Below are positions 40,797-53,627 of a stretch of 64,000 bases of DNA, in pieces. Where the stretch lies: assembly GCA_963717505.1 (NCBI GenBank), contig OY970342.1, positions 3,904,001-3,968,000 on the forward strand, read 5' to 3'. Position 1 is the stretch's first letter, and each line of letters starts with the position of its first letter. The notes beneath the pieces were generated by a model. The model worked only from the letters and a program-made list of their open reading frames with translations. It searched no databases and had not been told where the DNA came from. A program made the translations under genes and the position numbers. The DNA comes from Candidatus Eiseniibacteriota bacterium. Lineage in GTDB: Bacteria > Eisenbacteria > RBG-16-71-46.

Positions 40797-42664
40797 CGGT
40801 TGCGCCGCCCCAGAATCGCCAGCAGCTCGACGTCGGCCCCACCCCGTTTCACCGTGATGTGCACCTGCTGCCCGGGCTTTCGCGAGCGCAGAGCAAACGT
40901 GTAGTCGTAGATGTTGTCGACGCGGATGCCGTCGAAGCGCACGATGACGTCCCCGCCCTTGAGCCCGGCCGAATCCGCCGGGCTGCCGGAACGCACGCCC
41001 GAAAGCAGCACGCCGCCTTCGGTCTGCATGTAGTCCGGAATGGTGCCCAGGTAGGCGCCGTAGCCGCCACCGCCGGCGATGCGTCCGGTCGAGCTGTCGG
41101 CCTTGGCGCGCACGTAGCGGACGCGCGGCCGCGCATCGAGTGACTCGACCAGGGCGGTCGCGAAGCGCGTCACCCGCTCGAGCCCGGCGGCGTTGATCTT
41201 GTCCCAGGTGTCGCTCGGCTTGTGGTAGTCGGCATGCGCCCCGGTGAACATCATGAGCACCGGAATGTCGCGCTTGTAGAACGACGAGTGGTCGCTCGGC
41301 CCGTAGCCGTCGCTCGAAGTTCGGAGCGTGAACGCGCCCTTCGCCTCGCTGCTCGCGTGCGCCTGCGGCGAACCGACCGCGCGGTTCACGTTGGCGAGCA
41401 GCTCGGGGAACTCGGCGGCCGTCCCGGCGCCCATCACCATCAGGCGGTCGTCGCGCAGACGCCCGACCATGTCGAAGTTGAGCATGGCTTCGACAGTCTC
41501 GATCGGCCGCGTCGGGTCGTCGACGAAGTGCGACGAGCCGATCAGCCCGCTCTCCTCGCCGGTGAACGCGCAGAACACCAGGTTGTGGTCGGGGCGCTGG
41601 CCGGCGCGCGCCTCGGGGCGCAGCGTGCAGGCGAGCCCGAGCAGAGCCGCGGTGCCCGAGGCATTGTCGTCGGCGCCGACGTGCGGCACCTGTACCTCGG
41701 GCGTGAGCGAGCTTTCGCCGCCGTACCCCAGGTGGTCGTAGTGGGCGCCGATCACGATGGTGCGCGTGGTGTCGCGGCCCCGGATCCATCCCACCACGTT
41801 GCGCGTGTTGGCGCGGGTGCGCTTGAGCGACACGGTCAGCGTCACTGAATCCGCGAGCGCCAGGCTGTGCGGGCGCCCGTGCGCCTCGATCGCCGATTGC
41901 GCCGCCGCCAGGGTCAAGCCGCTGCCGGCCAGCATCTGCTCGGCCAACCGCTCCGACACCCGTGCCGCCAGCAGCCCGCTGGTCATGTACCCACCACCGT
42001 CGGTGCGGGGTCGCGGCAGCGGCTCGCCCGCGTGCCAGCGCGGACCATTCACCACCAGGAGCCCGATCGCGCCGTGCTCGCGCGCGGCAATCGCCTTGGT
42101 GCGCAGCTCGGCGTGCGCGGTGTTGACGCTGCCGTCGAATCGGCTGGACGAGTCCATCTCGCCCGGTTCATGGTTCAGCACCAGCACCAGCTTGTCGCGC
42201 ACATCGATCCCGGCGTAGTCGTCGTAGTCGAAGCCCGGAGCGCTGATGCCGTAGCCGGCGAACACGACGGGAGCGGTGACCGTGCCGTTGGTCGAGAAGC
42301 CGATCGGCTGATAGTGATCGCCGGATGGAATGCGATCAGTGCCGGTTTGGATCGCACTCGGCGCGACCACTTCGACTCCGGTCGTGACCTCCACCGACTG
42401 GAACCAGGTGCCCTTTTCCCCGCCCGGCTCGAGACCGAGCGCCCGCATTCGTGCCGCGATCCAGTTCGCCGCCGAGTCGATGCCGGCGGTGCCGAGACCG
42501 CGTCCCTCCCACGCCGGGTCGGCGAGGCGACGGACGGACTCGATCAGGGCGCCCGGAGGGCACGTTTCCGTGCTCGCATGCGAGACGGACACACAGATGA
42601 CCGAAAGCAAGACCGGCAGGGATGCCTGTTGCCAGGCGCGCAGCGGACCCACGCGGCGACTCAC
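40793..42664 (-). CDS. M28 family aminopeptidase with PA and PDZ domains
   Basis: GAHYDHLG, GADDNASG, FTGEESGLIGS, NFDMVG, DYHKPSD; YLGTIPD..GSPA..AGL PDZ. Confidence 0.92.
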   Translation of the reverse strand: MSRRVGPLRAWQQASLPVLLSVICVSVSHASTETCPPGALIESVRRLADPAWEGRGLGTAGIDSAANWIAARMRALGLEPGGEKGTWFQSVEVTTGVEVVAPSAIQTGTDRIPSGDHYQPIGFSTNGTVTAPVVFAGYGISAPGFDYDDYAGIDVRDKLVLVLNHEPGEMDSSSRFDGSVNTAHAELRTKAIAAREHGAIGLLVVNGPRWHAGEPLPRPRTDGGGYMTSGLLAARVSERLAEQMLAGSGLTLAAAQSAIEAHGRPHSLALADSVTLTVSLKRTRANTRNVVGWIRGRDTTRTIVIGAHYDHLGYGGESSLTPEVQVPHVGADDNASGTAALLGLACTLRPEARAGQRPDHNLVFCAFTGEESGLIGSSHFVDDPTRPIETVEAMLNFDMVGRLRDDRLMVMGAGTAAEFPELLANVNRAVGSPQAHASSEAKGAFTLRTSSDGYGPSDHSSFYKRDIPVLMMFTGAHADYHKPSDTWDKINAAGLERVTRFATALVESLDARPRVRYVRAKADSSTGRIAGGGGYGAYLGTIPDYMQTEGGVLLSGVRSGSPADSAGLKGGDVIVRFDGIRVDNIYDYTFALRSRKPGQQVHITVKRGGADVELLAILGRRNR

Positions 42665-43077
42665 CAGGTCCGCCCCGCGATGGTCATGACGAATCGGCCG
42701 ATGTCACCAAGGGATTCGTTCAGGTATTGGTACACTCGCGCATCGTCTACCTCCCAGTACATGTGGACCAGGCGATTTCTGAAGCGGGACATGGCGCGCA
42801 GCGCCTCGGCGTCCCCGACTTCGAGGATCCCCTGTTCGGAGAGGACCGAGAAGCTGTCGGCGTTGTCCTTGGGGAAGCGAAAGTTCTCGGACGCAATGAC
42901 GTGATTGGCAACGTCAATGCAGCACTCGATTGCGATGACCAGATGGTACTTGGCGTTGCCGAGTTTGTCGGAATCGGCCAGGAACACGTCGCGTGGAGTC
43001 GCCGCCAGAGCGTGAAGGGTCCCGAGGTATCGCTTGAGGTTGGAAAGCAGCTGGTCCAGTTTGGCGGGGTCGACCAT
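42661..43077 (-). CDS. HEPN (DUF86/HepT) RNase toxin
   Basis: RNRLVH (RX4H) followed by Tyr; adjacent MNT gene. Confidence 0.9.
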   Translation of the reverse strand: MVDPAKLDQLLSNLKRYLGTLHALAATPRDVFLADSDKLGNAKYHLVIAIECCIDVANHVIASENFRFPKDNADSFSVLSEQGILEVGDAEALRAMSRFRNRLVHMYWEVDDARVYQYLNESLGDIGRFVMTIAGRTW

Positions 43078-43506
43078 TCACAACCCCTTTTCAGCGATCC
43101 GGCGCAGCCGTAGCTCGTGCATTTGCCGGAACTCTTCCTTGTAGTCGTGGTACCGCCCAAGGATATCGACCTCGAGCGCGACGCGGGCCGCGTCGTCCCC
43201 CGAAAAAATCCTCGCGCCCTCTTCCAAGACTCGCCCACGGAGTTCGAGCGGCGCATCGCCGAGGTTTCTCAGATCCACGCTCGATCCCGCCACTCTCGAG
43301 AGTTCGGCAGCGAGATGGCCCTCGTCGCGAAGTGAAAGAGCCGATCCTTGCCGGTACTCCCTCAGGTAGTACCCGACATCAAGGTCGCTGTCCGGTCGCG
43401 GAGTCCCCACCACCCGACTGCCGTGAACGTAGGCCGCGAGGATGCCGCGTGCCGGAAACAGCTTCGCGGCCCCATCCCGCAGTCGAGTCAGCAGTTCTGG
43501 GTCCAT
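43078..43506 (-). CDS. Minimal nucleotidyltransferase (MntA) antitoxin
   Basis: GSRVVGTPRPDSDLD (GSX10DXD), VDL. Confidence 0.9.
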   Translation of the reverse strand: MDPELLTRLRDGAAKLFPARGILAAYVHGSRVVGTPRPDSDLDVGYYLREYRQGSALSLRDEGHLAAELSRVAGSSVDLRNLGDAPLELRGRVLEEGARIFSGDDAARVALEVDILGRYHDYKEEFRQMHELRLRRIAEKGL

Positions 43507-43524
43507 GCCCGAGAAACTAGACGG

Positions 43525-45249
43525 TCAGCGCGGCGACTGCCAGCGCGCCGCGAACCCGCGCGCGAAGTTGGCGTCGTCGCGCCCGACGCCCGGCGCGCCG
43601 AGCACGTGGGCATAGAGCCGTGCCGCGCGCAGCGAGTCGCGCGCGACTTCGGCGGCCACCGCGCCGCTCATCGCGAAGCCGACGCTCTCCGGATAGGCGG
43701 TGAACAGTAGCTCGAACTCGGCCGCCGCCGCGGACCAGTCCTCGGCGCGCGCGAAGTGCGCGGCCAGTTCACGATGGTCCTCGCGCCAGCTCGGATTCGC
43801 GGCCCGCGCGGCGACGACCGATCCCGTATCGCGCGACACCTCGATCCAGCGCACGGTGGTGCTGTCGTAGCGAAAGAACAGATCGGGCGCCGCCACGGCG
43901 CCGAGCGCTCGGCGCTGGTACGACGACCAGAAAGCACCCGAGATCGTCGAGTCGCGATACCAGACCTCAAAGGCCGGCGAGAACCACGCATAGCCGAGGC
44001 CGATGCTGTGCGGCACGTGCGCGAAGTACAGCCGCGAGTGGGACGGCAGCCGGGGATGCACCTCGAGCAGCGAGTTCCGCAGCCGCCCGATGAAGTAGGC
44101 CTGCCGGCGCTGGTAGAGGTTGGCGCTGAAACTCCACGTGTTGGTGTCGCCCTGGAGCGGCTGCAGCACGGCCGCCAATGCGACCACGGCGACCGCGAGC
44201 TTGGGGCGCCTCGCCAGCAGTATGCCGAGGGCCAGCCAGGCTCCGGCTGCCCCGAAGAGCGCGTAGTACGGATGCCAGTCGATGCTCGGCAGCACGAGCG
44301 GAAGCCATGCGATCGCGGCCCACGCAACGCCGAAGCGCACCGCACGATCGGCATCGCCGGTCGTCGGATCCGACGGAACCGCGTCGGTCGTGCGTTGGGG
44401 CATGCGACCGAACGCGCTCCATACTGCGAAAGCGATGGCCACGGCGATCGCGGGGAGCGCGGGAAGCAGCGCGCCCGCGAAACCGGACACCGGACGCGGC
44501 AGGCCGGACAGGTTCACGAGCCCGAGCGCCGCGTGAATCGGAACCATCCAGGCCGGCACGGTGTGGGCCGCGACCTCGACCGCGAGCCGGCTCGGCCGGA
44601 GAAGTCGGTCGAGCAGCGTGGGGTGGAACACGAACCAGATGCCGGTGAGCACGAAGGCCGGCGCCAGCTTCTTCAGGACCTGAAGTGGGCGGGCACGCTC
44701 CGAAATCGACAGCCACGCGGCCGCGAGCAAGGGCAGGATCGCCGCGGTTTCCTTGCTGAGCAACGCCCCGGCGAGAAACACCAGGGACGAGCCGACCCGG
44801 CGCACCGACACGGCCTGCAGGTACAGAAGACCGAACAGCAGCAGCCACAGATCCTGAACCCCGGCGGCCCACAACAGCGCTCCCGACCACGCCGACATCG
44901 CGGCGAACCCGATGGCGGCGATCCCGGCGGCGCGCGTCCCGGCCAGCCGGCGCGCGAAACTGAAGAACAACATCAGGGCCGCGAGCCAGAGCGCGAAGGC
45001 CGCGGCGTGGAACGCCAGCTCGTTCGCGCCGAACGCACGATGGAGCATCCAGAAGTGCAGCTCGCGCGACCACGGCCGGTACCAGGCCCACAAAGGCGCC
45101 TCGCGCGACCACAGCTCGGCAAAGGATGCGTCGCGGACTCGCGCGAGAATGGCGTAGTCGTCACCGATGAACGGCATCGGCAACGCGAAGCCCCAGGCCG
45201 CGACCAGGTAGGCGGCGAGCAGGGCGGCGAAGACCAGGGTCAGCGGCAC
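43525..45249 (-). CDS. Polytopic GT-C (PMT/TMTC-like) membrane protein with TPR-like C-terminus
   Basis: DDY.IL, WYRPWSRE, ALLSKE, FFRYDST, DHRELAA; GTG start after GGAGG. Confidence 0.6.
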   Translation of the reverse strand: MPLTLVFAALLAAYLVAAWGFALPMPFIGDDYAILARVRDASFAELWSREAPLWAWYRPWSRELHFWMLHRAFGANELAFHAAAFALWLAALMLFFSFARRLAGTRAAGIAAIGFAAMSAWSGALLWAAGVQDLWLLLFGLLYLQAVSVRRVGSSLVFLAGALLSKETAAILPLLAAAWLSISERARPLQVLKKLAPAFVLTGIWFVFHPTLLDRLLRPSRLAVEVAAHTVPAWMVPIHAALGLVNLSGLPRPVSGFAGALLPALPAIAVAIAFAVWSAFGRMPQRTTDAVPSDPTTGDADRAVRFGVAWAAIAWLPLVLPSIDWHPYYALFGAAGAWLALGILLARRPKLAVAVVALAAVLQPLQGDTNTWSFSANLYQRRQAYFIGRLRNSLLEVHPRLPSHSRLYFAHVPHSIGLGYAWFSPAFEVWYRDSTISGAFWSSYQRRALGAVAAPDLFFRYDSTTVRWIEVSRDTGSVVAARAANPSWREDHRELAAHFARAEDWSAAAAEFELLFTAYPESVGFAMSGAVAAEVARDSLRAARLYAHVLGAPGVGRDDANFARGFAARWQSPR

Positions 45250-46118
45250 GCCTCCCAGAGAATCCGCATGCCTTTGAGCGTCAGCGCCTCGTCGATCCGG
45301 TTCACGGTCTCGCATTCCGGGGCGATCGCCTGGGCATATCCGCCGGTGGCAATGACGTGCGGCGTTCCTTTCATCTCGAGCGCGAGCCGGCGGACCAGGG
45401 CATCGACCTGCCCGGCGTGCCCCCACAGCACCCCAGCCTGAAGCGACTCCTCGGTGGTTCGACCCAGGGCCCGCTCCGGACGCTTCAGCTCGACACGCGG
45501 GATGCGCGCGGCGCGGCGGAACAGCTCTTCGGCCGAAGTCCCGACTCCCGGCGCGATGATCCCGCCCAGGTAGGCGCCCGACTGGGAGACGCAATCGAAC
45601 GTGGTCGCGGTTCCCAGATCGACGACGATCGCCGGCGTGCCGTACAGCGCATGCACGGCGATGGCGTTGGCAATGCGGTCAGCGCCGACCGCGTGGCGGT
45701 CGCGGTAGCGGATCTGCAGATCGGAAGCGGTGGTCGCGTTGACTTCGACCGGCTCCCCGCTGGCGACGCGCGCGAGGGCCTGAGTCCACGGGGGGGTCAG
45801 CGCCGGCACCACCGAGCACAACACCGAGCCTTCGGGCTTGGGCGCCTCGCCTTCGGCGAGCAGCCCGCGCAAGGTCAGCACGATTTCGTCGGCGGTGTTG
45901 CGCCCGCTGGTCAACCGCCAGAACCCGGCGACCTCGCCGCCTTTGAATAGACCCACCGTGGTTTCGCTGTTGCCGACGTCGACCGCGAGCACGACCGCGG
46001 CGCGATTCGCCCGGGAACGCGACGCGGGCTTCTCAGCCGCTCGACGGGTGCCGGCGCGAGACGGATGCGGCACCAGCTGGGGACCGGGGCGGCGTGCAGT
46101 GAAGCGTCGTGAGGCCAT
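45240..46118 (-). CDS. coaX: Type III pantothenate kinase
   Basis: AVDVGNS, VGADR, VVDLGTATT, GGIIAPG, IATGG, LTLKG. Confidence 0.94.
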   Translation of the reverse strand: MASRRFTARRPGPQLVPHPSRAGTRRAAEKPASRSRANRAAVVLAVDVGNSETTVGLFKGGEVAGFWRLTSGRNTADEIVLTLRGLLAEGEAPKPEGSVLCSVVPALTPPWTQALARVASGEPVEVNATTASDLQIRYRDRHAVGADRIANAIAVHALYGTPAIVVDLGTATTFDCVSQSGAYLGGIIAPGVGTSAEELFRRAARIPRVELKRPERALGRTTEESLQAGVLWGHAGQVDALVRRLALEMKGTPHVIATGGYAQAIAPECETVNRIDEALTLKGMRILWEACR

Positions 46119-46145
46119 GGGATCTCCAGGGTTGGATTCGAATCG

Positions 46146-46926
46146 CTATCCGGAAGGCGGCGACACCGGCCGTTCCAGGGTCTCGCGCTCGTCGGCGTCC
46201 TCGTCCTCCCGCCGGCGGCGAGCCACGACCCAGGACAGGCCGACGCTCAGGAAGTACAACACCACCACCGGCAGCGACATCACGAGCTGCGCGGTGAACA
46301 CGTCGCCCGGCGTGATCAGCGCGGTGACCAGGAAGGCGCCGACGATCGCGATCCGCCACTGCCGGAGCAGGAAGCCGGGCGTCACCAGGCCGATCGCGGT
46401 CAGCGTCATGGTCACCAGCGGCAGCTGGCACACCACGCCGCACGCTAGCGCCATGTTGTAGAAGAATCCGAGCAGCGACCCGACCCGGATCTGCGCGGTC
46501 ATGCTCGGGGTCATGAATGCAGTGAGCACGTCGACCACCATCGGCACCAGGTAGAAGTAGGCGGCGGCAACACCGGCCATGAACAGCAGCATCGAGCCCA
46601 TGGCCATCGGCAGGATCAGGCTGCGTTCGCGGCGCAGGAGCCCGGGCACGATGAACCGCCAGATGCGGTAGAACACGTACGGAGCCACGATCATCAGCCC
46701 GATCAGCAGCGCCAGCTTGATGCGCTCGTTGAATGCCTCGAGCGGCGACAGGATCACGGCGGTGCCGACCGTGCGCTGGATGAGGTCCTCGAGCACTCGC
46801 GGCGCCAGCCAGCCAGCCGGCCACCGCGCCCACCAGGCACGCGCCCACGGTGTGAAACAGGACGCTGCGCAGCTCGTCGAGGTGGCCGAGGAACGGCATT
46901 TCGCCGGTCTGGCGGGGATCGGTCAT
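46146..46926 (-). CDS. tatC: Twin-arginine translocase TatC; frameshift near 46800
   Basis: MPFLGHLDELR, SPLEAF, FIVPGL..RE, ALITPGD. Confidence 0.9.
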
Positions 46927-47749
46927 GCGGTCGGGATCCACGACGGCTTGGCTCCGAACTCGACGTCACCGGCGATCACGCGCACCAGCTTGCCGGGCGC
47001 GGACTCGACCACCAGGGCGCCGTCCTCGGCGAGATCGCGCGCGATGCCGCGCACCTCGCCCGACGGAGTGTGCACCGACCAGGTCACGCCCCCAGAAGGT
47101 CGCGCGCTTCCGCCAGGCCACGAGTGCCACGCCGCGATCGCCCTCGGTGTGTTCGGTCCACCGCGGCTCGAGCGCATTCAGGAACTCCGCCGCGACCGCC
47201 TCGCGCGTGAGCCGATGCCCGGCGAGCGCCAGCGACGTCGCGCGCTCGCGCAGCTCGGGCGGGAAGTCTTCGCCTCCTGCGCCACGTTCACGCCGACGCC
47301 GACTACCGCCGCCTGGATTCCCGAAGCCGTCCGCCGGCTCTCGCACAGAATGCCGGCAACCTTGCGTCCCTCGAGCAGCAGGTCGTTCGGCCACTTGAGG
47401 TCGGCATGGACGCCGAGTCGGTCGAGCGCCTTCGGCCAGCGCGAGCCCGGCGACCAGCGGCAGGGTACCGAGCAGGTCGGCGCTCGCACGCCAGGTGGAG
47501 CAACACCGACATCGCGAGCCCGTGGTGCCCGGCGTCGAGTGCCAGGTTCGGCCCATGCGCCCACGGCCCTTGGTCTGCTCGTCGGCGACCACGACGGAGC
47601 CGTCCGGAGCGCCGAGCCCGAGCAGCGTCCCAGGCGTCGTCGTTGGTCGATTCGGTCTCGCCGCGGTCGACCAGGTGTCGCCCGAGGTGGCGCGTGTGCA
47701 GGCGGGCGGCGAACACCGCGCGATCGAAGGTGCCGTCCATCTCAGCCAA
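46923..47749 (-). CDS. birA: Biotin--[acetyl-CoA carboxylase] ligase; frameshifted
   Basis: [45 protein letters not shown] in successive frames. Confidence 0.88.
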
Positions 47750-48642
47750 CTTCTTCGATCTCGAGGCTCAGGTCGAGCGCCGGCGCCGAGTGCGTGAGCG
47801 CGCCGACCGAGATGTAGTCGACGCCGATCTCGGCGTAGGCGCGCACGTTGTCGAGACCGATGCCGCCCGACACCTCGATCTCGGGCCAGCGCTTGGCGCC
47901 CGCCGGCATGCGCGGGCTGTCGGGCGGATGCTCGCGCGCACCAGCGGTCGACCTCGGCCACCGCCCGCTTCACCTCCTCGACGCGTCCGGTTGTCGAGCA
48001 GGATGCGGTCGACCTCGGGGCGCAGCGCCTCGCGCAGCTGGTCGAGCGACTCGACCTCGACCTCGAGCAGCAGGTCGCCCTGCCGCGTGCGCGGCGATGC
48101 GATCGAGCGCCGCGGTGATGCCGCCCGCGGCGCGGATGTGGTTGTCCTTGACCAGGTACATGTCCCACAGCGCGAGCCGGTGGTTCTGGCCGCCGCCGCA
48201 CTGGACCGCGTACTTCTCGAGGAAGCGCAGCCCCGGCGTGGTCTTGCGCGTGTCGAGGATCACGGCGCCGGTGCCGGCGACCGCGTCGACGTAGCGGCGG
48301 GTGAGCGTCGCGACCCCCGAGAGGCGCTGCAGGAAGTTGAGCGCGGTGCGCTCGGCCTTGAGGATGCTGCCGGCGTCGCCGATCACCTGCGCGCACGGCC
48401 GCCCCGGCGGTGATCGTCGCGCCGTCCTGCGACCAGCGGCCGGAACTTGAGGTTGGGATCGGCCTCGCGGAACGTGAGTCGGGCGATCTCGATGCCGGCG
48501 ACCACGCCCGGCTGTCTGGCGACGATCACCGCGCGCGCGCCTTGACCCCCGAGCGAATCGTGTTGAGCGTGGTGATGTCGCCGGTGCCGACGTCTTCGGA
48601 CAGGGCGAACTTGACCAGCGGAAGTGCGACCGCTTCGAGCAT
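47742..48642 (-). CDS. nadC: Quinolinate phosphoribosyltransferase; frameshifted
   Basis: [58 protein letters not shown]. Confidence 0.92.
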
Positions 48643-48696
48643 CGCCAGATGCTAGCCGAGGGTGGGACCGCGGTCGAGCGCGGGCAACTCCGTTCG

Positions 48697-50851
<2,155 letters not shown>

Positions 50852-50943
50852 GGCCCCAAGGGTAAACCGCGGCGCACGAGTCCCGAAAGCGAGTCCTCGC
50901 GCAGGCGGCATCGCGTGAGCCCTGCGGCGAAGCCCGCCTTCGA

Positions 50944-52203
50944 TCAACCGCCCAGCGAGCGCCCGGCCTCACGGCGCGCGGGCGCCACGACATTGGCGAG
51001 CATCACCCCCGCGGCCAGGGCGGCGAACATGATCACCGCGCGGAACGCGGTTTCGACGCCGACCACGACGTTGCGATCCATCAGGTGCGCGAGGCTGCGG
51101 AACCCGATACTGCCCGGCACCAGCAGCAGAATCGAAGGCACCAGCATCACCGCCGCGGGCCTCCTCAGGATGCGCGAGCCGATGTTGCTGACCACGCCGG
51201 CGGTGAGCGCCCCGATCATGATGCCCAGCTCCGGGCCGAGCATCGCGGCACCCCAGCGCCCGCCGCCGAACGCCAGCGCGCCGGCGAGCAGGATCCACGG
51301 CAGATCCGACGGCGCGGCACGCAACAGGACCATGAAGCTCGCAGGCGCCAGGATCAGGGCGAGCGCCTCGGTCCAGACCGGGAGCGCGAGCGCTTCGCCG
51401 TAGCGCAGCGTGCCGAACAGCCAGGCCGCTACGCGGTCGCCGGCGGCGACGCCGACCGTGATCTGCAGGAACACCACCATGGCGCCACTCAGGCGCGCGG
51501 TGCCCGAAGCCAGGTGGCGGGTCGCCAGCTCGATGGTCGCGGTGGTCAGCGTCAGGCCTGGGATCAGCACGATGATGCCGGCGAGTGTCGCGACGAACAC
51601 GTGACCGGGGCCGGTAAGTGAGGCGAGTGCCCCCGCGATCAACGCCGCGAAGAACGCGGCGAGCGGCTCGAACAGCCGCTGCGCCGCCGGCATGCGAGCG
51701 ATCCCGTACGACAAGGCGCCGACCGCGACGCCGATCGCGCCCGCCCACGCGACTTCGCGGGCACCGCCGCCCAGGAAGCGCGCCGCCGCTGCCGACGAGC
51801 ACGCGTAGGCGATCAAGGTCAGTACCCGCCCGTAGCGCGGCGGCGCCGAGGTCAACGCCTCGATCCGAGCGAGCGCCGGCTGGGCGTCGAGCGATCCGTC
51901 GGCGACCGCATCGGCGATTCCATCGAGTGCCGCCAGCCGTTCGAGCTGGACACCGCCCGGCTCGACGCGCATGAGGAAGGTCTGTTGCTGATTCTGCGGC
52001 CCGAACGCGGCGAAGATCGAGGTCGGCGTCGAGAAGAACTGCGCCTCGAGCCCGAGACGATTTGCGACCCGGTCGAGTGTTTCTTCGAGACGGTGCGCCG
52101 GATTGCCATGCGCATGCATCTCGCGTCCCAGTCGCAGGACGAAGGCAATGCGCGGATCCGCGCCGGGTTCGGGCGCGCGCGGCCTCGAGTCGAGTGTCGT
52201 CAC
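50944..52203 (-). CDS. ThrE family threonine/serine exporter
   Basis: G.PAHRLEE, STPTSI, LIPG..LT, LLVPG; many TM helices. Confidence 0.85.
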   Translation of the reverse strand: MTTLDSRPRAPEPGADPRIAFVLRLGREMHAHGNPAHRLEETLDRVANRLGLEAQFFSTPTSIFAAFGPQNQQQTFLMRVEPGGVQLERLAALDGIADAVADGSLDAQPALARIEALTSAPPRYGRVLTLIAYACSSAAAARFLGGGAREVAWAGAIGVAVGALSYGIARMPAAQRLFEPLAAFFAALIAGALASLTGPGHVFVATLAGIIVLIPGLTLTTATIELATRHLASGTARLSGAMVVFLQITVGVAAGDRVAAWLFGTLRYGEALALPVWTEALALILAPASFMVLLRAAPSDLPWILLAGALAFGGGRWGAAMLGPELGIMIGALTAGVVSNIGSRILRRPAAVMLVPSILLLVPGSIGFRSLAHLMDRNVVVGVETAFRAVIMFAALAAGVMLANVVAPARREAGRSLGG

Positions 52204-53540
52204 CAGCGCATGCGAATCGTGTAGCGGACCGTGACCTCCTTGCCCGCCGCGACCGGAATCGCGAACTCGATGGTGTTCGCGTCGCGGCGGCGGAACGGAT
52301 GCGATTGCTGGGTGACTTCGGTCTCGCCCCCCGCCGACTCCTCGACCATGATCTCGACGTTGGTCTTCTTCTGGTTTCGCAGCTTGATCTCGATCGTCGC
52401 TTCGCGCTCGCGATCCGAGATCCGGCGGTTCGAGACCTCGCGGCGCTCGGCCACCAGGTCGAACGCGGCGCCGACGTCGAGCGACAGCGTCTCGCGCTCG
52501 GCGGTGTGGCGCATCACGGTCTCGCCCGCGAACTGGAGCGCGCCCGAGGCGTCGGCCTCGTAGAAACGCACGCGACCGCCGGGCAGCGGCATACCGAGAC
52601 CGTTGGCGTCGTGGTTGGCGACGTCGAGCTGCGCCCGTATCGGCGACCCATTCATCGTCCGGTAGCGGGTGCGGAACTTGATGTCACGTCGCTCGTACAT
52701 CGACAGGCTCTGCGCCTCCCGGTCGCGCAGCGTGGCCGGGCGATCGAGCGCGTAGAGGTGGTACTCGGAGAACGTCTGCTCGCTCAGATCGGCGGCGCCC
52801 TCGGAGGCGGTCGCCATCATGCGCATCTCCTTTGGCATCGGCATCGGCGACGGCCCGGCGCGCCCCGGGTCACCGGCGACCAGCTTGAGCGTCGCGTTCA
52901 CGAAGTCGCGCCCGGTGGTGTTGGAGACCGTCACGCCCGAACTCCAGGTGCCCGTACCCTCGCCGCGCCGGACTACGACGTGCTCCGCGTTCCACGACAG
53001 GCCGCCGGTCAGGTAGCTGAGTTCGGCTTCGGTTCGATTGCCGCTCCCGTCGAGCACGACCTCGAGCGAGGGTTCGAGCACCAGGGAACGGCCGCGTGCG
53101 CTGAAGCTGACGTCCTCGACTGCGGTGCGCGCCGCGGTGTGCAATGTGCCGTCGTCGCCACGGATCAGCAGCCAGGCGCCGTCGGTCGCGACCAGCGTGC
53201 CTTCGACCACGCGCTCGCCGCGCAGCACTGCGCGCACCCGGCTGCCGCGCGCGCGCTCGAGCGCCTCGTCGCCACTGCCGACGTCGAACCGGTAGGCCAT
53301 GCGCGCTACACGCCCGGAACGCGGAACCAGGCGCGTCGACGAGAAGTCGATGCGGGCGGGCACGTCGATCAACACGGTGTCACCTCGCGTGGATTCGAGC
53401 ACGCGATCCTCGCGCACGAATCCCAGGTCGTGGCTGTAGACGGTGACCGAGGTCGCAGCGGTCGCGGGAACGGCGCCGGCCATCAGGGCCAGGCTTTGGA
53501 ACAACGCGGCGGCGACGGAACACGAGACGAAACGGCGCAT
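52200..53540 (-). CDS. DUF4139-domain secreted protein
   Basis: Signal peptide, VTVYS..LG.VRE, SYLTGGLSW.A, LG.PLPGG.VR.Y. Confidence 0.82.
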   Translation of the reverse strand: MRRFVSCSVAAALFQSLALMAGAVPATAATSVTVYSHDLGFVREDRVLESTRGDTVLIDVPARIDFSSTRLVPRSGRVARMAYRFDVGSGDEALERARGSRVRAVLRGERVVEGTLVATDGAWLLIRGDDGTLHTAARTAVEDVSFSARGRSLVLEPSLEVVLDGSGNRTEAELSYLTGGLSWNAEHVVVRRGEGTGTWSSGVTVSNTTGRDFVNATLKLVAGDPGRAGPSPMPMPKEMRMMATASEGAADLSEQTFSEYHLYALDRPATLRDREAQSLSMYERRDIKFRTRYRTMNGSPIRAQLDVANHDANGLGMPLPGGRVRFYEADASGALQFAGETVMRHTAERETLSLDVGAAFDLVAERREVSNRRISDREREATIEIKLRNQKKTNVEIMVEESAGGETEVTQQSHPFRRRDANTIEFAIPVAAGKEVTVRYTIRMRW

Positions 53541-53627
53541 GATTCCCTCCAGGAGAATTCGAACGGCCGAACGATGCCACAAACCGTACGCCGGCGCCCA
53601 TCGGGGCATTCCCTGGAGTCGAAAACG

